Shown piece by piece: positions 49,929-60,195 of a stretch of 64,000 bases of DNA. The position numbers and the translations under genes are program-made. Numbering within the stretch: position 1 is the stretch's first letter; each line of letters opens with the position of its first letter. The notes below the pieces were generated by a model. That model had not been told where the DNA came from. It saw only the letters and a list, made by a program, of their open reading frames with translations, and ran no database searches. This stretch comes from Thermogemmatispora sp. Its GTDB lineage: Bacteria > Chloroflexota > Ktedonobacteria > Ktedonobacterales > Ktedonobacteraceae. Location: assembly GCF_042408735.1 (NCBI RefSeq), contig NZ_JBHOQV010000156.1, positions 78,442 to 142,441 of the forward strand, written 5' to 3'.

Positions 49929-52205
49929 GTGGCTTTCTTTTTCTTCGGCATCCGCCATCACGGTCCCGGCTGTGCCCGTAGCCTGTGCTCTGCTCTGGCC
50001 GAGCTTACTCCCGATCTGCTGCTGGTGGAAGGTCCTGCTGACGCCCAGGCGGTTCTGCCTCTGCTCATTGATCCACAGATGTCTCCGCCAGTGGCCCTGT
50101 TGATCTACCGACCCGAGCAGCCGCGCCAGGCCAGCTACTACCCATTGACGGTCTTCTCACCCGAGTGGCAGGCTTTGCGCTACGCTCTTGAGCGCGGGAT
50201 TCCTGCGCGTTTCATCGACCTGCCACAGGCTCTGGTCTTTGGAGAAGAAGAGGCAGCCAGAGAGAGAGAGGAGGGAGAGGAAACAGCCTCCACGGCGGAA
50301 GCCAGCGAGGGGGCCAGCGCCAGAGAAGAGCCTGAGATTGTCCAGGTCGATGACCCGCTGACCCTGCTCTCTCTGGCTGCAGGCTATCAGGACCAAGAGT
50401 TGTGGTGGGAGCGACAGATCGAGCAGCGGCGGGATGGACGGGGAATCTTCGAGGGCATCCGGGAAGCCATGCGCGTGCTGCGCGGCGGGAGCGCGCCCCG
50501 CCATGAGCGAGAAGCCCAGCGCGAGGCCCATATGCGGCAGATGCTGCGCCAGGCCCGAGCGGAAGGTTTTGAGCGTATCGCCGTCGTTTGCGGCGCCTGG
50601 CACCTGCCCGCCCTCGAAGATCTTGACGCCTTCTCTGAGGCCGACGACCGCGCCCTCCTGCAGAACTTAAAGCGGGTGAAAGTAGAGGCTACCTGGATTC
50701 CCTGGAGCTACGACCGCCTGACTTACGCCAGCGGCTACGGGGCCGGCATCGCTGCCCCAGGCTGGTACGAGCTGCTCTGGTCGACCCCCGCTCAGGCCGG
50801 CATACGCTGGGTCGCACGGGCAGCCGAGTTGCTGCGCCAGGAGGGGTTCGAAACCTCTCCTGCCAGCGCTGTCGAGGCTGTACGCCTGGCGGAGACGCTG
50901 GCGGCCCTGCGCGATACCAGCGCCCCGGGATTGGACGAGCTGAATGAGGCTATTCAGAGCGTGCTTTGCCGAGGTGAGACCGCTCCACTGGAGCTGATCC
51001 GGCAGCGGCTGACCGTCGGCTCCCGCATGGGCCAGGTTCCCACGGAGACGCCAGCAGTTCCCCTACAGCGCGAGCTGGAACAGCAGCAGCGACGTCTGCG
51101 TCTGCAGCCCTCAACGGATGCCGAGGAGCTGGAACTTGATCTACGCAATGAGATCGACCGGGCGCGCAGCCGCTTGCTCTACCGGCTGCGCCTGCTGGGC
51201 ATCCCCTGGGGCCAACCCTTACCTGTCCCAAAGACGAAACGGGGCACCTTCCACGAGCGCTGGCAGCTACAGTGGCAGCATGAGTTTACCATTCTTCTGA
51301 TCGAGGCCAACGTCTGGGGCAATACCCTGGAAAGCGCCGCTACGAACCTGGCTATCGATACTGCCGAGCGCTGCCAGCATCTGGCTCAGCTGACCGAGTG
51401 GCTGGATCAGGCGCTGCTGGCCGAGCTGCCTCCGGCTATCACCCGGCTCCTGGAGCGCCTCCAGGCCTGTGCCGCTCTGGCGACCGATGTGAGCCATATC
51501 ATGGACGCCATGCCAGCTCTGGCCCGTGTCGCACGCTACGGCGATGTGCGCGGTAGCGATAGCGCCCAGGTGCACTCTATCGTAGAGGCGCTTTTCGCCC
51601 GTGCCCAGATCGGCCTGCCGGCTGCCTGCCTGGCTCTCGACGAGGATGCTGCACGTGCGCTGCTGGGCAGCATCGAGCGGCTGGATAGCGGTCTGTTGAC
51701 CTTCGGTGAGGAGCAGATGCTAGAGAGCTGGCACAGTTTGCTGCAACGTCTGAGCGAGGATGAGCACCCTCATCCGCTGCTGCGTGGACGGTTCTGCCGG
51801 CTGCTGCTGGACCGCCAGCGCCTGGACTCCGCCACTCTGTCACGCCTGGCCAGCCGCCAATTCTCTCCCGCTGTAGCGCTTGAGGAAACTGCGCTCTGGC
51901 TGGAGGGCCTGCTGGAGGGCCGCGGCCAGCGTCTACTTGTTTTAGACGGACTCTGGCGCACCCTCGACGAGTGGCTACAGGCGCTCAGCGAAGAGCAGTT
52001 TCTACTGCTGCTGCCTCTGTTGAGGCGCGCCTTCCGTAGCTTCACCGATGCTGAGCGGCGCGCAATGGGCGAAAAGGTTTATTACCTCCATCGCCCCCGC
52101 TCCGGGCCGTCTGCCACAGGCACCGATCTCCTCAATGAAGAGCGGGCCCGCCTTGTCTTGCCTGTTCTGAGCCGTCTGTTGGAGGTGAACCTGCATGCCG
52201 ATTGA
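49929..52205 (+). CDS. DUF5682 / YehM-like protein
   Basis: FGIRHHGPG, LVEGP, RFIDLP, REAHM, VCGAWH, SGYGAG. Confidence 0.8.
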   Translation: MAFFFFGIRHHGPGCARSLCSALAELTPDLLLVEGPADAQAVLPLLIDPQMSPPVALLIYRPEQPRQASYYPLTVFSPEWQALRYALERGIPARFIDLPQALVFGEEEAAREREEGEETASTAEASEGASAREEPEIVQVDDPLTLLSLAAGYQDQELWWERQIEQRRDGRGIFEGIREAMRVLRGGSAPRHEREAQREAHMRQMLRQARAEGFERIAVVCGAWHLPALEDLDAFSEADDRALLQNLKRVKVEATWIPWSYDRLTYASGYGAGIAAPGWYELLWSTPAQAGIRWVARAAELLRQEGFETSPASAVEAVRLAETLAALRDTSAPGLDELNEAIQSVLCRGETAPLELIRQRLTVGSRMGQVPTETPAVPLQRELEQQQRRLRLQPSTDAEELELDLRNEIDRARSRLLYRLRLLGIPWGQPLPVPKTKRGTFHERWQLQWQHEFTILLIEANVWGNTLESAATNLAIDTAERCQHLAQLTEWLDQALLAELPPAITRLLERLQACAALATDVSHIMDAMPALARVARYGDVRGSDSAQVHSIVEALFARAQIGLPAACLALDEDAARALLGSIERLDSGLLTFGEEQMLESWHSLLQRLSEDEHPHPLLRGRFCRLLLDRQRLDSATLSRLASRQFSPAVALEETALWLEGLLEGRGQRLLVLDGLWRTLDEWLQALSEEQFLLLLPLLRRAFRSFTDAERRAMGEKVYYLHRPRSGPSATGTDLLNEERARLVLPVLSRLLEVNLHAD

Positions 52206-53400
52206 AGAGAAGGAGCGCCTGCGCCGCTGGCGTCTGATTCTGGGCCGTCAGGCGGCCAGCGCCCTCAAGCTCTACCCCTCGCTGAACGAAGATGCCTTAG
52301 AGCCTGATGAGTCGCTCCTCAGCCGCAGCGACCGGATTATCGACCGCGCTCTGGAGCAGCTCTACGACAGCGAGCGCTCTGGAGGACTGGGACCATCGGC
52401 TCCCTACCTCCCGCGCTGGCTGGGTGACATTCGCACCTACTTTCCTACTCCGGCGGTACATGTTCTGCAGCATGATGCCGTTAAACTTCTCAATTTAAGG
52501 CAGCTACTTCTAGAACCGGAGCTATTGGCCACTGTTGAGATCGACATGCGGCTGCTGACCCAGCTGCTCGCGCTTAAAGATGCCCTGCCCGAGCGCACAC
52601 GTGAGACGGCCCGCAGCGTTGTCCGCAAGCTGGTTGAGGAGCTTGAGCGCCGGCTGGCCTATCGCATGGAGCAGGCCGTACGCGGGAGCTTGAGCCACGC
52701 CAGCCGGACCAGACGCCCGCGTCCCTCCGACATCGATTGGGACCGCACCATTCGCGCCAATCTCCGCCATTACCAGCGAGAGCAGCAGGTTCTCATTCCC
52801 GAGCGTCTGATCGGACATCAGCGCAAGCAGCGCCGTTCCTCCCTGCGCGATATTGTCCTGTGCGTTGACCAGAGCGGCTCGATGGCTGCCTCTGTCGTCT
52901 ATGCCTCGATCTTTGGGGCCGTGCTGGCCTCACTGCGGGCCGTCTCAACCCGCATGATCGTCTTTGATACAGAGGTGGTCGATCTGAGCGAGCACCTGCA
53001 GGACCCCGTCGAGCTGCTTTTCGGCGTTCAGCTCGGAGGAGGCACCGATATCAATCACGCTCTGAGCTACTGCCAACAGGTAATCAGGCGTCCGCGCGAA
53101 ACAGTGCTGGTGCTCATCACCGACTTGTACGAGGGAGGAGATAGCAAGCGGATGCGGCAGCGCGCCGCCACGCTGGTGGAGAGCGGTGTTCAGTTGATCT
53201 GCCTGTTGGCTCTCAGCGACCAGGGGACGCCGGCCTTCAATACGGAACTGGCCCGAGACCTGGCCGCTTTAGGCATTCCGACTTTTGCCTGTACGCCGGA
53301 GCTGTTCCCTGAACTGATGGCTGCCGCCCTTCAGCACCGCGACCTCAACCTGTGGGCTGCGCAGCATGAGATTGTCACGGTGCGCGCCGCCCAGCAGTGA
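52195..53400 (+). CDS. VWA domain protein (YehP/CoxE-like)
   Basis: LRRWRLILG; MIDAS DQSGS, GGGTD, LITD. Confidence 0.85.
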   Translation: MPIEEKERLRRWRLILGRQAASALKLYPSLNEDALEPDESLLSRSDRIIDRALEQLYDSERSGGLGPSAPYLPRWLGDIRTYFPTPAVHVLQHDAVKLLNLRQLLLEPELLATVEIDMRLLTQLLALKDALPERTRETARSVVRKLVEELERRLAYRMEQAVRGSLSHASRTRRPRPSDIDWDRTIRANLRHYQREQQVLIPERLIGHQRKQRRSSLRDIVLCVDQSGSMAASVVYASIFGAVLASLRAVSTRMIVFDTEVVDLSEHLQDPVELLFGVQLGGGTDINHALSYCQQVIRRPRETVLVLITDLYEGGDSKRMRQRAATLVESGVQLICLLALSDQGTPAFNTELARDLAALGIPTFACTPELFPELMAAALQHRDLNLWAAQHEIVTVRAAQQ

Positions 53401-53476
53401 GGTTTCTCCCCAGGAGAGCGAGCGCTGTCGGCAGAGGCTTTCGGCAGAGCTGCTCTTTGCCTCGCTCGCTCTCCCT

Positions 53477-54901
53477 CTACCCCCTCTCTTCGTCGGTAAA
53501 GGCGCTAAACAGGTTATTGAGGGCCTCCGCCAGAGTGGGATGGGCAAAGATGGCGTCACGCAAGGTGGTATAGGGGAGCCTGCCGAGCATGGCCAACTCT
53601 AGCATTGCCATGATCTCGCCTCCCTCGATGCCGAGGATGGCCGCCCCCAGAATGTGCCCGCTCTCGGCATCAACGATGGCTTTCATGAAGCCTCGCGGCT
53701 CATCCACTTCCAAGGCCCGCGCGACGGCACTCATGGGCAGCCTGGCTATGCGAATGCGACGCCCTGCAGCCCGAGCTTCGGCCTCGCTCAGGCCAATGCG
53801 CCCAAGCTGGGGATCAATGAAGATCGTATAGGGCACGGGACGCTCGCGAGTGCTGGCCTGACCTCCCTCAAGAAGATTGGTGCGCAGGATACGAAAATCG
53901 TCATAAGAAATGTGGGTGAAGGCGGGACCAACACGGGCGTCGCCGATAGCATAGATCCCTGGGACACTGGTTTCGAGTCGCTCATTGACAAGGACGCGCC
54001 CACGCTCATCGGTTTGCACGCCACAGGCTTCCAGATTCAGGCTATCGGTATTGGGCTGGCGACCTGCCGCCAGCAGGAGATGGGAGGCAGTCACCTGGCG
54101 CTCGCCCTGGGGAGTGGCCACCTTCAGACGGAGCTGGCCATCGGGGAGAGACTCGACCTGCTGAGGGACTGCCTCCATCAGGAGTTGAATGCCATCTTCG
54201 CGCAGAATCTGGGCGACCGCTTCGGCCACGTCGTCATCCTCATGGGCCAGCAGGCGCTTTCCGCGATGGACAATGGTAACGCGGCTACCAAAGCGACGAA
54301 ACATCTGGCCAAACTCAAGGCCGACGTAGCCCCCACCGACAACGAGCAGGTGAGATGGAAGGCGATCCAGCTCCATGATAGAAGTCGAGTCCAGAGCCGG
54401 TACGCTCTCCAGTCCCGGCAGCCGGGGCCAGGCCGGCCTGGCCCCAACATCGATAACAATGATCTCGGCCTGCAGGCGATGCAGTCTGCCGTCGGCCAGC
54501 CTTACTTCCAGCTCCTTGGGAGCAACAAAGCGAGCTTCGCCTCTCAGCAGATCGAGGCCCGAGGTCTCACTAAGCCGGCGCTCGCTTCCCTGGCGGAAGC
54601 TCTCAACGATGTCACGCTTGCGCTGGCGGACCACGGCCAGGTCGACCAGCGGTTCCCCTTCTGGGAGGCGTACTCCATAGCTGGCCGCTCGACGGACGAG
54701 GTAGGCAACGCGCGCGCTGGCGATCATGGTCTTGGTAGGAGTACAGCCTGTATTAATGCAGGTTCCTCCAATGTGCTCTCGCTCGATGATGGCCGTTCTG
54801 CGTCCGGCTTTAGCCAGTGCCGTCGCCAGGGGGCCACCGCCCTGGCCAGCTCCGATGATAATGGCATCATAGACTGCTCCAGGCCCCGCTGTACTTGTCA
54901 T
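53477..54901 (-). CDS. FAD-dependent pyridine nucleotide-disulfide oxidoreductase (RclA/MerA-like, no C-terminal Cys pair)
   Basis: IGAGQGG, GGTCINTGCTPTK, GGGYVGLE, YAIGD, AHPTLAE. Confidence 0.85.
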   Translation of the reverse strand: MTSTAGPGAVYDAIIIGAGQGGGPLATALAKAGRRTAIIEREHIGGTCINTGCTPTKTMIASARVAYLVRRAASYGVRLPEGEPLVDLAVVRQRKRDIVESFRQGSERRLSETSGLDLLRGEARFVAPKELEVRLADGRLHRLQAEIIVIDVGARPAWPRLPGLESVPALDSTSIMELDRLPSHLLVVGGGYVGLEFGQMFRRFGSRVTIVHRGKRLLAHEDDDVAEAVAQILREDGIQLLMEAVPQQVESLPDGQLRLKVATPQGERQVTASHLLLAAGRQPNTDSLNLEACGVQTDERGRVLVNERLETSVPGIYAIGDARVGPAFTHISYDDFRILRTNLLEGGQASTRERPVPYTIFIDPQLGRIGLSEAEARAAGRRIRIARLPMSAVARALEVDEPRGFMKAIVDAESGHILGAAILGIEGGEIMAMLELAMLGRLPYTTLRDAIFAHPTLAEALNNLFSAFTDEERG

Positions 54902-55114
54902 GCCGCTTCTCTCTTCCTTTCTTCTACCCTTGTCTGCGAGCTGAGATCCTCAGCTCGCCAGGGTTTATCTCTTGTCCTCCCGTTTTATCTTGACGCTACA
55001 GCCAACACGCATAGCGGTTCCCTGGCGTGTCAGTGCTCCCTCGCCTCACTGGGCCAGCCCCGTCAGAGCAGGTGCATCCCTCTGTGGCGCGCGCTCTTTC
55101 GCCGGGTGAAGGGA

Positions 55115-55930
55115 TCAGATCACCTGGGTCCAGACGGCGATACAGAGCCAGCTTGTCCGATACTGTTCCCACTCCGCTGGTAACTCGGTAAGGACCTGAT
55201 TCATCGCCTGCGGGGAGAGTCCAAACTGGGCCCCAAGCGCTGTTCGCAGGTGCCGCAAGGCCTGGAGGACATCGCGGCAGAAGAGTTTGCCTGCTTGCAG
55301 GCCCCAGAGAGGGATGGCAATCGGACGGACATGTGGCACCAAGCCAAGCCTGGCGAGGCGTGCAGGTAGCTCCAGTGCAGAGGAGAGTTCAATGTCGCAG
55401 CGAAGGAAGAACTGACGTAGCCAGCGCTGTACCAGCAAGGTGCAAGGGCCCGGATTCAGGCAGTGGTCGCTTAGCTCGACCAACTCGATCCAGCCGTTAA
55501 GAGCGGTCACTCGCTTCAGTTCTTCGAGGGCCTGGTCCCAGGCTGGCAGAGGAATGGCCCCCGCCAGGAAGCGTTGATGGGTATAGTGGCTGATGCCATC
55601 TTCCAAGGGTAGTCCTCCGAGCAGGCTAGCTCGGATCACCTGGCAATTGCGCGGCAACCTGCGCAAGAGGGCCAGGCTGCTGTCAACCGTCAGTACTTTA
55701 GCCTCTGTCCAGCGCCGCGCCGCCTCCTTCGCCCAGATTCCGGTCCCCGTGCCCACGTCCAGAATGACGCGCGGGCGCTCGACCGGGGCCAGAAAATGGG
55801 TGCCCAGGAGACGGTAGAGACTGTAGTGCTGAAATTCCAGCCGATCTTGCTCGCTGAGAGTGCGCGGCAACAGATAATAATCGCGTATGTCTGGCCGAGT
55901 CTGTTGGCCGCGAGAAGGATCTTGTAGCAT
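55115..55930 (-). CDS. Class I SAM-dependent methyltransferase
   Basis: YLLPR...RLEFQH, ILDVGTGTGIW, GLPL, GWIELVE. Confidence 0.85.
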   Translation of the reverse strand: MLQDPSRGQQTRPDIRDYYLLPRTLSEQDRLEFQHYSLYRLLGTHFLAPVERPRVILDVGTGTGIWAKEAARRWTEAKVLTVDSSLALLRRLPRNCQVIRASLLGGLPLEDGISHYTHQRFLAGAIPLPAWDQALEELKRVTALNGWIELVELSDHCLNPGPCTLLVQRWLRQFFLRCDIELSSALELPARLARLGLVPHVRPIAIPLWGLQAGKLFCRDVLQALRHLRTALGAQFGLSPQAMNQVLTELPAEWEQYRTSWLCIAVWTQVI

Positions 55931-56663
55931 GGTTTGACCAGCCTCTCCATCGTCATGACTGCGCAGCCCAGAAGCCCATCGGCGAACAACTTTTGCCCGG
56001 AGATTACGACCTTACAGCCTGTGCGCTTCAAGCAGCCGCAACCTGGATAGTCTCCCAGCGTAGGGCGAGCTGCTGGCGCCCCTTCGGATCCAGGGTAGTC
56101 TCCGAGGAGGGAGGTCGTCAAGAGCATTGTCATCGTCCCGGATAAGGGCGCTGGCACAGCACGTCTTCCATAAAGACATGCCGCTGGGGACCCCTGGCTT
56201 CGGCCAGGGGAGGAAGAAGGCTCCCTCCCGACGCTTCGCATGGGGTTGACACCGCCGTCTCTCCGGTGGTATCCCGCTCTTCATGCGGCCAACAGCACTG
56301 GCCAGCGGACAGCAACGGCTTCGCCTCACCTCGCGGGAGGAAGCGGGTTTACCCAGCCAGGGCTGCTCGACTGCCCCGTGGGCAGTGAGCCGCGGTCAAC
56401 CAGTCCGCAAGCCCGGGCCGGTCAGGCTGCGGGCCGGCTCATGGCTCAAGCCAGGAGCCGTTGACCGGGGAGGCAAAGGGTTCCTTCCAGAGGCAGGCCA
56501 AGGCCGCACTTTCTCCCTTCTGGTCAGGATAGCCAGGTCGCTCTATAATACTACAAGGCAGTGCTTTCGGATAGCGGGCCGCTCGCTTTAGTGGAGCGGC
56601 CCTTAGCTTGCCGCTGCGGCCTCGCGCCGTGACCAGCCGGCCCCCTGTGCTCCCAGGCCATGC

Positions 56664-58373
56664 ATGCACCGAGCGACTACGCCACTACTTTTGCTGGATA
56701 GGAATGATTCTGAATTGATGAGGAACGCCTTTAGCAGTACTCTGGGCACAAGCACAGAGTCAGAGCCTGCCTTTTTCCCCTGGCAGCGACAGCGCCTGCT
56801 CCCTCTGCTGACAGAGGCACACGAGCGCGCTCTGCGCACAAGGCGCGCCGCAGTTGTAAGCATCAGTGGTCCTGTTAAATTGGCCAGCTCTCCCCCGCCT
56901 TTCCCGGCCGCAGGCGAGCCTCAGCTCTCGCCAGTCGAGGGCTGCGCGACGGGCCAAGGGCAGGGGAACGAGGAAGAGCTAGCTGCAACCGCCAGGCCAG
57001 CCGAACTCGATCCTCTGACCTGCTTCGCCGTCGGGCCTGCGCTTGGCCTGACAGAACGCTTCTACTGGCAGGAGCCGGAAGAGCAACGCATTCTGGTCGG
57101 GCTAGGCAGCGCGCTCACCCTGGAAGCCCGGGGACCGGAACGCTTCCAGCATCTGGCCAACGCCTGGCAGCACCTGGCGGCGGAGGCTCTGGTGGCAGCG
57201 GAGCCGTCGGGTGCCGAGTTGACGGTGCGCAATTCCCACCCTCTCCTCTTCGGCGGCTTTGCCTTCGATCCAGAGCAGCCGCGGTCGGCGCTCTGGGCAG
57301 GCTTCCCCGACGGGTTGTTAATGCTACCTTCCTTCCTGTTCACCTTTTCTACTCCTGAACCTACGCTGACGGTCAACGCGCTGGTTGCGGCCGAGACAGA
57401 TCCGCTGGCGCTGGGGAGAGACCTTTTGGCCCAACTGGCGGCCCTAGCTCAAGCTCTGCAGGCACGACCCGCCAGAGCTGTCTCTCCCGCGGTAACGCTG
57501 GCCAGCGAGACAGCCTCCTCCCTGCGCCTCGAGCCGCTGCTGTCTCCGGCGGCCTGGATGGAGCAGGTCGCGCAGGTCGTCAGCCAGATCCGTCGCGGCG
57601 CTTATGAAAAGGTTGTGCTCGCCCGCGCTGTACGCCTGCTCCGCCAGGATGGAATCTTTGAGCCAGAGCCAGCCCTTCAGCGCCTCCGCACAGCCTACCG
57701 GGAGGCCTATCTCTTCGCCTTCAGTCGGGCCGGACGCTGCTTTCTCGGAGCCACGCCAGAACGTCTCGTCGAGGCCCAACACGGCTCGCTAGAGACAATG
57801 GCCCTGGCTGGCTCTGCCCCTCGCGGTCGCTCTCCTCACGAGGATGAGCAGCTCGCCCGGGCCTTGCTGAGTAGCCGCAAGAACCAGCGTGAACATCAGA
57901 TTGTCGTGCAGATGCTCAGACAGGCTTTGGGAAACCTGTGCACAGAAATACACATCGATCCAGAACCACACCTGCGCCGGCTGAGGAATATTCAGCACCT
58001 GGAGACGCGCATTACCGGCAGGTTGCTGCCCGGTCGCTCTGTCCTGGAAGCCCTGGCGGAACTGCATCCCACCCCGGCAGTCGGAGGGTTTCCGCGCGCC
58101 GCCGCCCTGGCCGCAATCCGCGCCGGCGAGCGGCTTGACCGCGGCTGGTACGCGGCCCCGATCGGTTGGCTGGACGCCGCTGGCAACGGGACCTTCGCTG
58201 TGGCCCTGCGCTCAGCTCTGATAGGCGGTCAGGAAGCGACGCTCTTCGCCGGCGGCGGGATTGTGGCCGATTCCGACCCGGCCAGCGAGTACGCCGAGAC
58301 TGGCTGGAAGTTTCGCGCCATGTTAGGGGCGCTGGGAATGGATGAAGATGACAATGAGAGCAGCCTCCGATAG
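56664..58373 (+). CDS. menF: Isochorismate synthase
   Basis: FGGFAF, EKVVLAR, GATPERL, ALAGS, HPTPAVGG, RGWY, GGGIV. Start uncertain (56664 or 56718). Confidence 0.85.
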   Translation: MHRATTPLLLLDRNDSELMRNAFSSTLGTSTESEPAFFPWQRQRLLPLLTEAHERALRTRRAAVVSISGPVKLASSPPPFPAAGEPQLSPVEGCATGQGQGNEEELAATARPAELDPLTCFAVGPALGLTERFYWQEPEEQRILVGLGSALTLEARGPERFQHLANAWQHLAAEALVAAEPSGAELTVRNSHPLLFGGFAFDPEQPRSALWAGFPDGLLMLPSFLFTFSTPEPTLTVNALVAAETDPLALGRDLLAQLAALAQALQARPARAVSPAVTLASETASSLRLEPLLSPAAWMEQVAQVVSQIRRGAYEKVVLARAVRLLRQDGIFEPEPALQRLRTAYREAYLFAFSRAGRCFLGATPERLVEAQHGSLETMALAGSAPRGRSPHEDEQLARALLSSRKNQREHQIVVQMLRQALGNLCTEIHIDPEPHLRRLRNIQHLETRITGRLLPGRSVLEALAELHPTPAVGGFPRAAALAAIRAGERLDRGWYAAPIGWLDAAGNGTFAVALRSALIGGQEATLFAGGGIVADSDPASEYAETGWKFRAMLGALGMDEDDNESSLR

Positions 58374-60192
58374 ATCGACACCAGCTAATCCACTCTACGC
58401 TTACGTCGGGGCCTTTGTCTCGGAGCTACGGCGCGCTGGCATCGCGCATGCGGTAATCTGCCCTGGCTCGCGCTCGACACCGCTGGCCATGGCCTTCGCA
58501 GAGGAGGAGGGCATCCGTATCTGGATGCATATCGACGAGCGCTCGGCGGCTTTCTTTGCCCTGGGTCTGGCCAAGCGCCTGGCCGCCCCCGTGGCCCTGC
58601 TCTGCACCTCGGGTACGGCAGCGGCGAATTTTTTCCCGGCCATTATCGAGGCCAAACTGACGCGCGTCCCGCTGGTAGTGCTGACCGCCGATCGGCCGCA
58701 CGAGCTGCGCGACTGCGGGGCGCCCCAGGCCATCGATCAGAACCGCCTCTATGGCGTGCACGTGAAATGGTTTGTGGACGCCGCTCCGCCCGAAGCCACA
58801 CCAGCCGCCCTGCGCTATATTCGCACCCTGGCCAATCGGGCTGTCGCCCTGGCGCGGGCCAGGCCCTCCGGTCCTGTCCATCTCAATCTTCCTTTCCGCG
58901 AGCCGTTGACACCGGAGCCACAGCCAGAGCGGCTGCCCTCGCCCGCTGAGCGTGAGCCTCTCGCCTGGGAGGGACGGGCTGAGCAGACCCCCTACGTGCG
59001 AGTCACTGCGGCAGAAGGCGGCGGCCTGCCAGCGGCTGAGGTGGCGCGTCTGGCGGCGCTGCTGCGCCGGCATAGACGCGGCCTGATTATCGCCGGACCC
59101 CAGAGTGAGCCGCACCTGGCTCCGGCCCTTCAACGGCTGGCTGCCCGCTGCGGCTATCCCCTGCTCGCCGATCCTCTCTCGCAGGTGCGCAGTACCGGAC
59201 AGCCCGCCGCGACGGTCCTGCGCAGCTACGACGCTTTCCTGCGTAGCGAGCGCTTTGTGGCCGAGGCCGTTCCTGATCTGGTGCTGCGTTTTGGCGCTAT
59301 GCCTACCTCTAAACCACTCTTGCTCTATCTGCAGCGCTACGCCGATCGGCCCCTGCTGGTGGTGGATGGCGACGGTGGCTGGGAGGAGCCGACGCAGCTC
59401 GCCAGCGACATGCTTCATGCCGATCCCCTGCTTATCTGCCAGCAGCTTGTCGAGGCCCTGGCCGAGACCACCCAGGACCAGCCATCTTCTGAGGATTGGC
59501 TCGGACGCTGGCAACAGGCCGAGCGCCTGACACAGCAGGCCCTGCGCAAGACGATGGAGAGCTTCGAAGAGCCGTTCGAGGGGCGGGTTTTCAGCGAGCT
59601 GGCAGAGCTGCTGCCCGACGGCGCGACGCTCTACGTGGGCAATAGCATGCCTGTACGCGACCTGGATACCTTCTTCTGGAGCGAACGGCGCATTCGTTGC
59701 CTCGGCAACCGTGGCGCTAATGGAATCGATGGTCTGCTCTCCAGCGCTCTCGGGGTCAGCGCAGCTCACCAGGCACTGGCCGAGAACGATCCTGTGGTGC
59801 TGGTCATCGGCGACCTGGCTTTCTTCCACGACCTCAATGGCCTGATGGCCGCCCACTTACACAAGCTGTCGCTGCTGGTCATTTTGATCAACAACGATGG
59901 AGGCGGGATCTTTTCGTTCCTGCCTCAGGCGGCCTATCCAACCCATTTCGAGCGGCTCTTCGGAACTCCCACTGGCCTCGATTTCGCACCAGCCGTGAAG
60001 ATGTACGGCGGGGATTTTCGACGCGTTGCCTGCTGGGACGAGTTCCGCAGCGCCTGCCAGGAAGGGCTAAGCCGGGGCGGGCTGCGGGTAATCGAGGTTC
60101 GCACAGAGCGAGCACGCAACGTGCTGCTCCATCGCCGGCTCTGGCAAGCGGTCGATGAGGCATTGCATCCAGCCACCAGCGCGGGGGTATAA
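58342..60192 (+). CDS. menD: SEPHCHC synthase
   Basis: CPGSRSTPL, DERSAAFFALG, TSGTA, NRGANGIDG, GDLAFFHD, NNDGGGIF. Confidence 0.95.
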   Translation: MKMTMRAASDRSTPANPLYAYVGAFVSELRRAGIAHAVICPGSRSTPLAMAFAEEEGIRIWMHIDERSAAFFALGLAKRLAAPVALLCTSGTAAANFFPAIIEAKLTRVPLVVLTADRPHELRDCGAPQAIDQNRLYGVHVKWFVDAAPPEATPAALRYIRTLANRAVALARARPSGPVHLNLPFREPLTPEPQPERLPSPAEREPLAWEGRAEQTPYVRVTAAEGGGLPAAEVARLAALLRRHRRGLIIAGPQSEPHLAPALQRLAARCGYPLLADPLSQVRSTGQPAATVLRSYDAFLRSERFVAEAVPDLVLRFGAMPTSKPLLLYLQRYADRPLLVVDGDGGWEEPTQLASDMLHADPLLICQQLVEALAETTQDQPSSEDWLGRWQQAERLTQQALRKTMESFEEPFEGRVFSELAELLPDGATLYVGNSMPVRDLDTFFWSERRIRCLGNRGANGIDGLLSSALGVSAAHQALAENDPVVLVIGDLAFFHDLNGLMAAHLHKLSLLVILINNDGGGIFSFLPQAAYPTHFERLFGTPTGLDFAPAVKMYGGDFRRVACWDEFRSACQEGLSRGGLRVIEVRTERARNVLLHRRLWQAVDEALHPATSAGV

Positions 60193-60195
60193 TGA

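Noticed and set aside
53654-55183. Long antisense ORFs (509 aa here; also 58426-59856, 36592-37878, 41044-42231, 34355-35416)
   Set aside because: Each lies opposite a well-supported gene; typical high-GC codon shadow.
56042-56104. Imperfect direct repeat CC(T/A)GG(A/G)TAGTCTCC upstream of the methyltransferase
   Set aside because: Only two short copies; not enough to call an operator or array.
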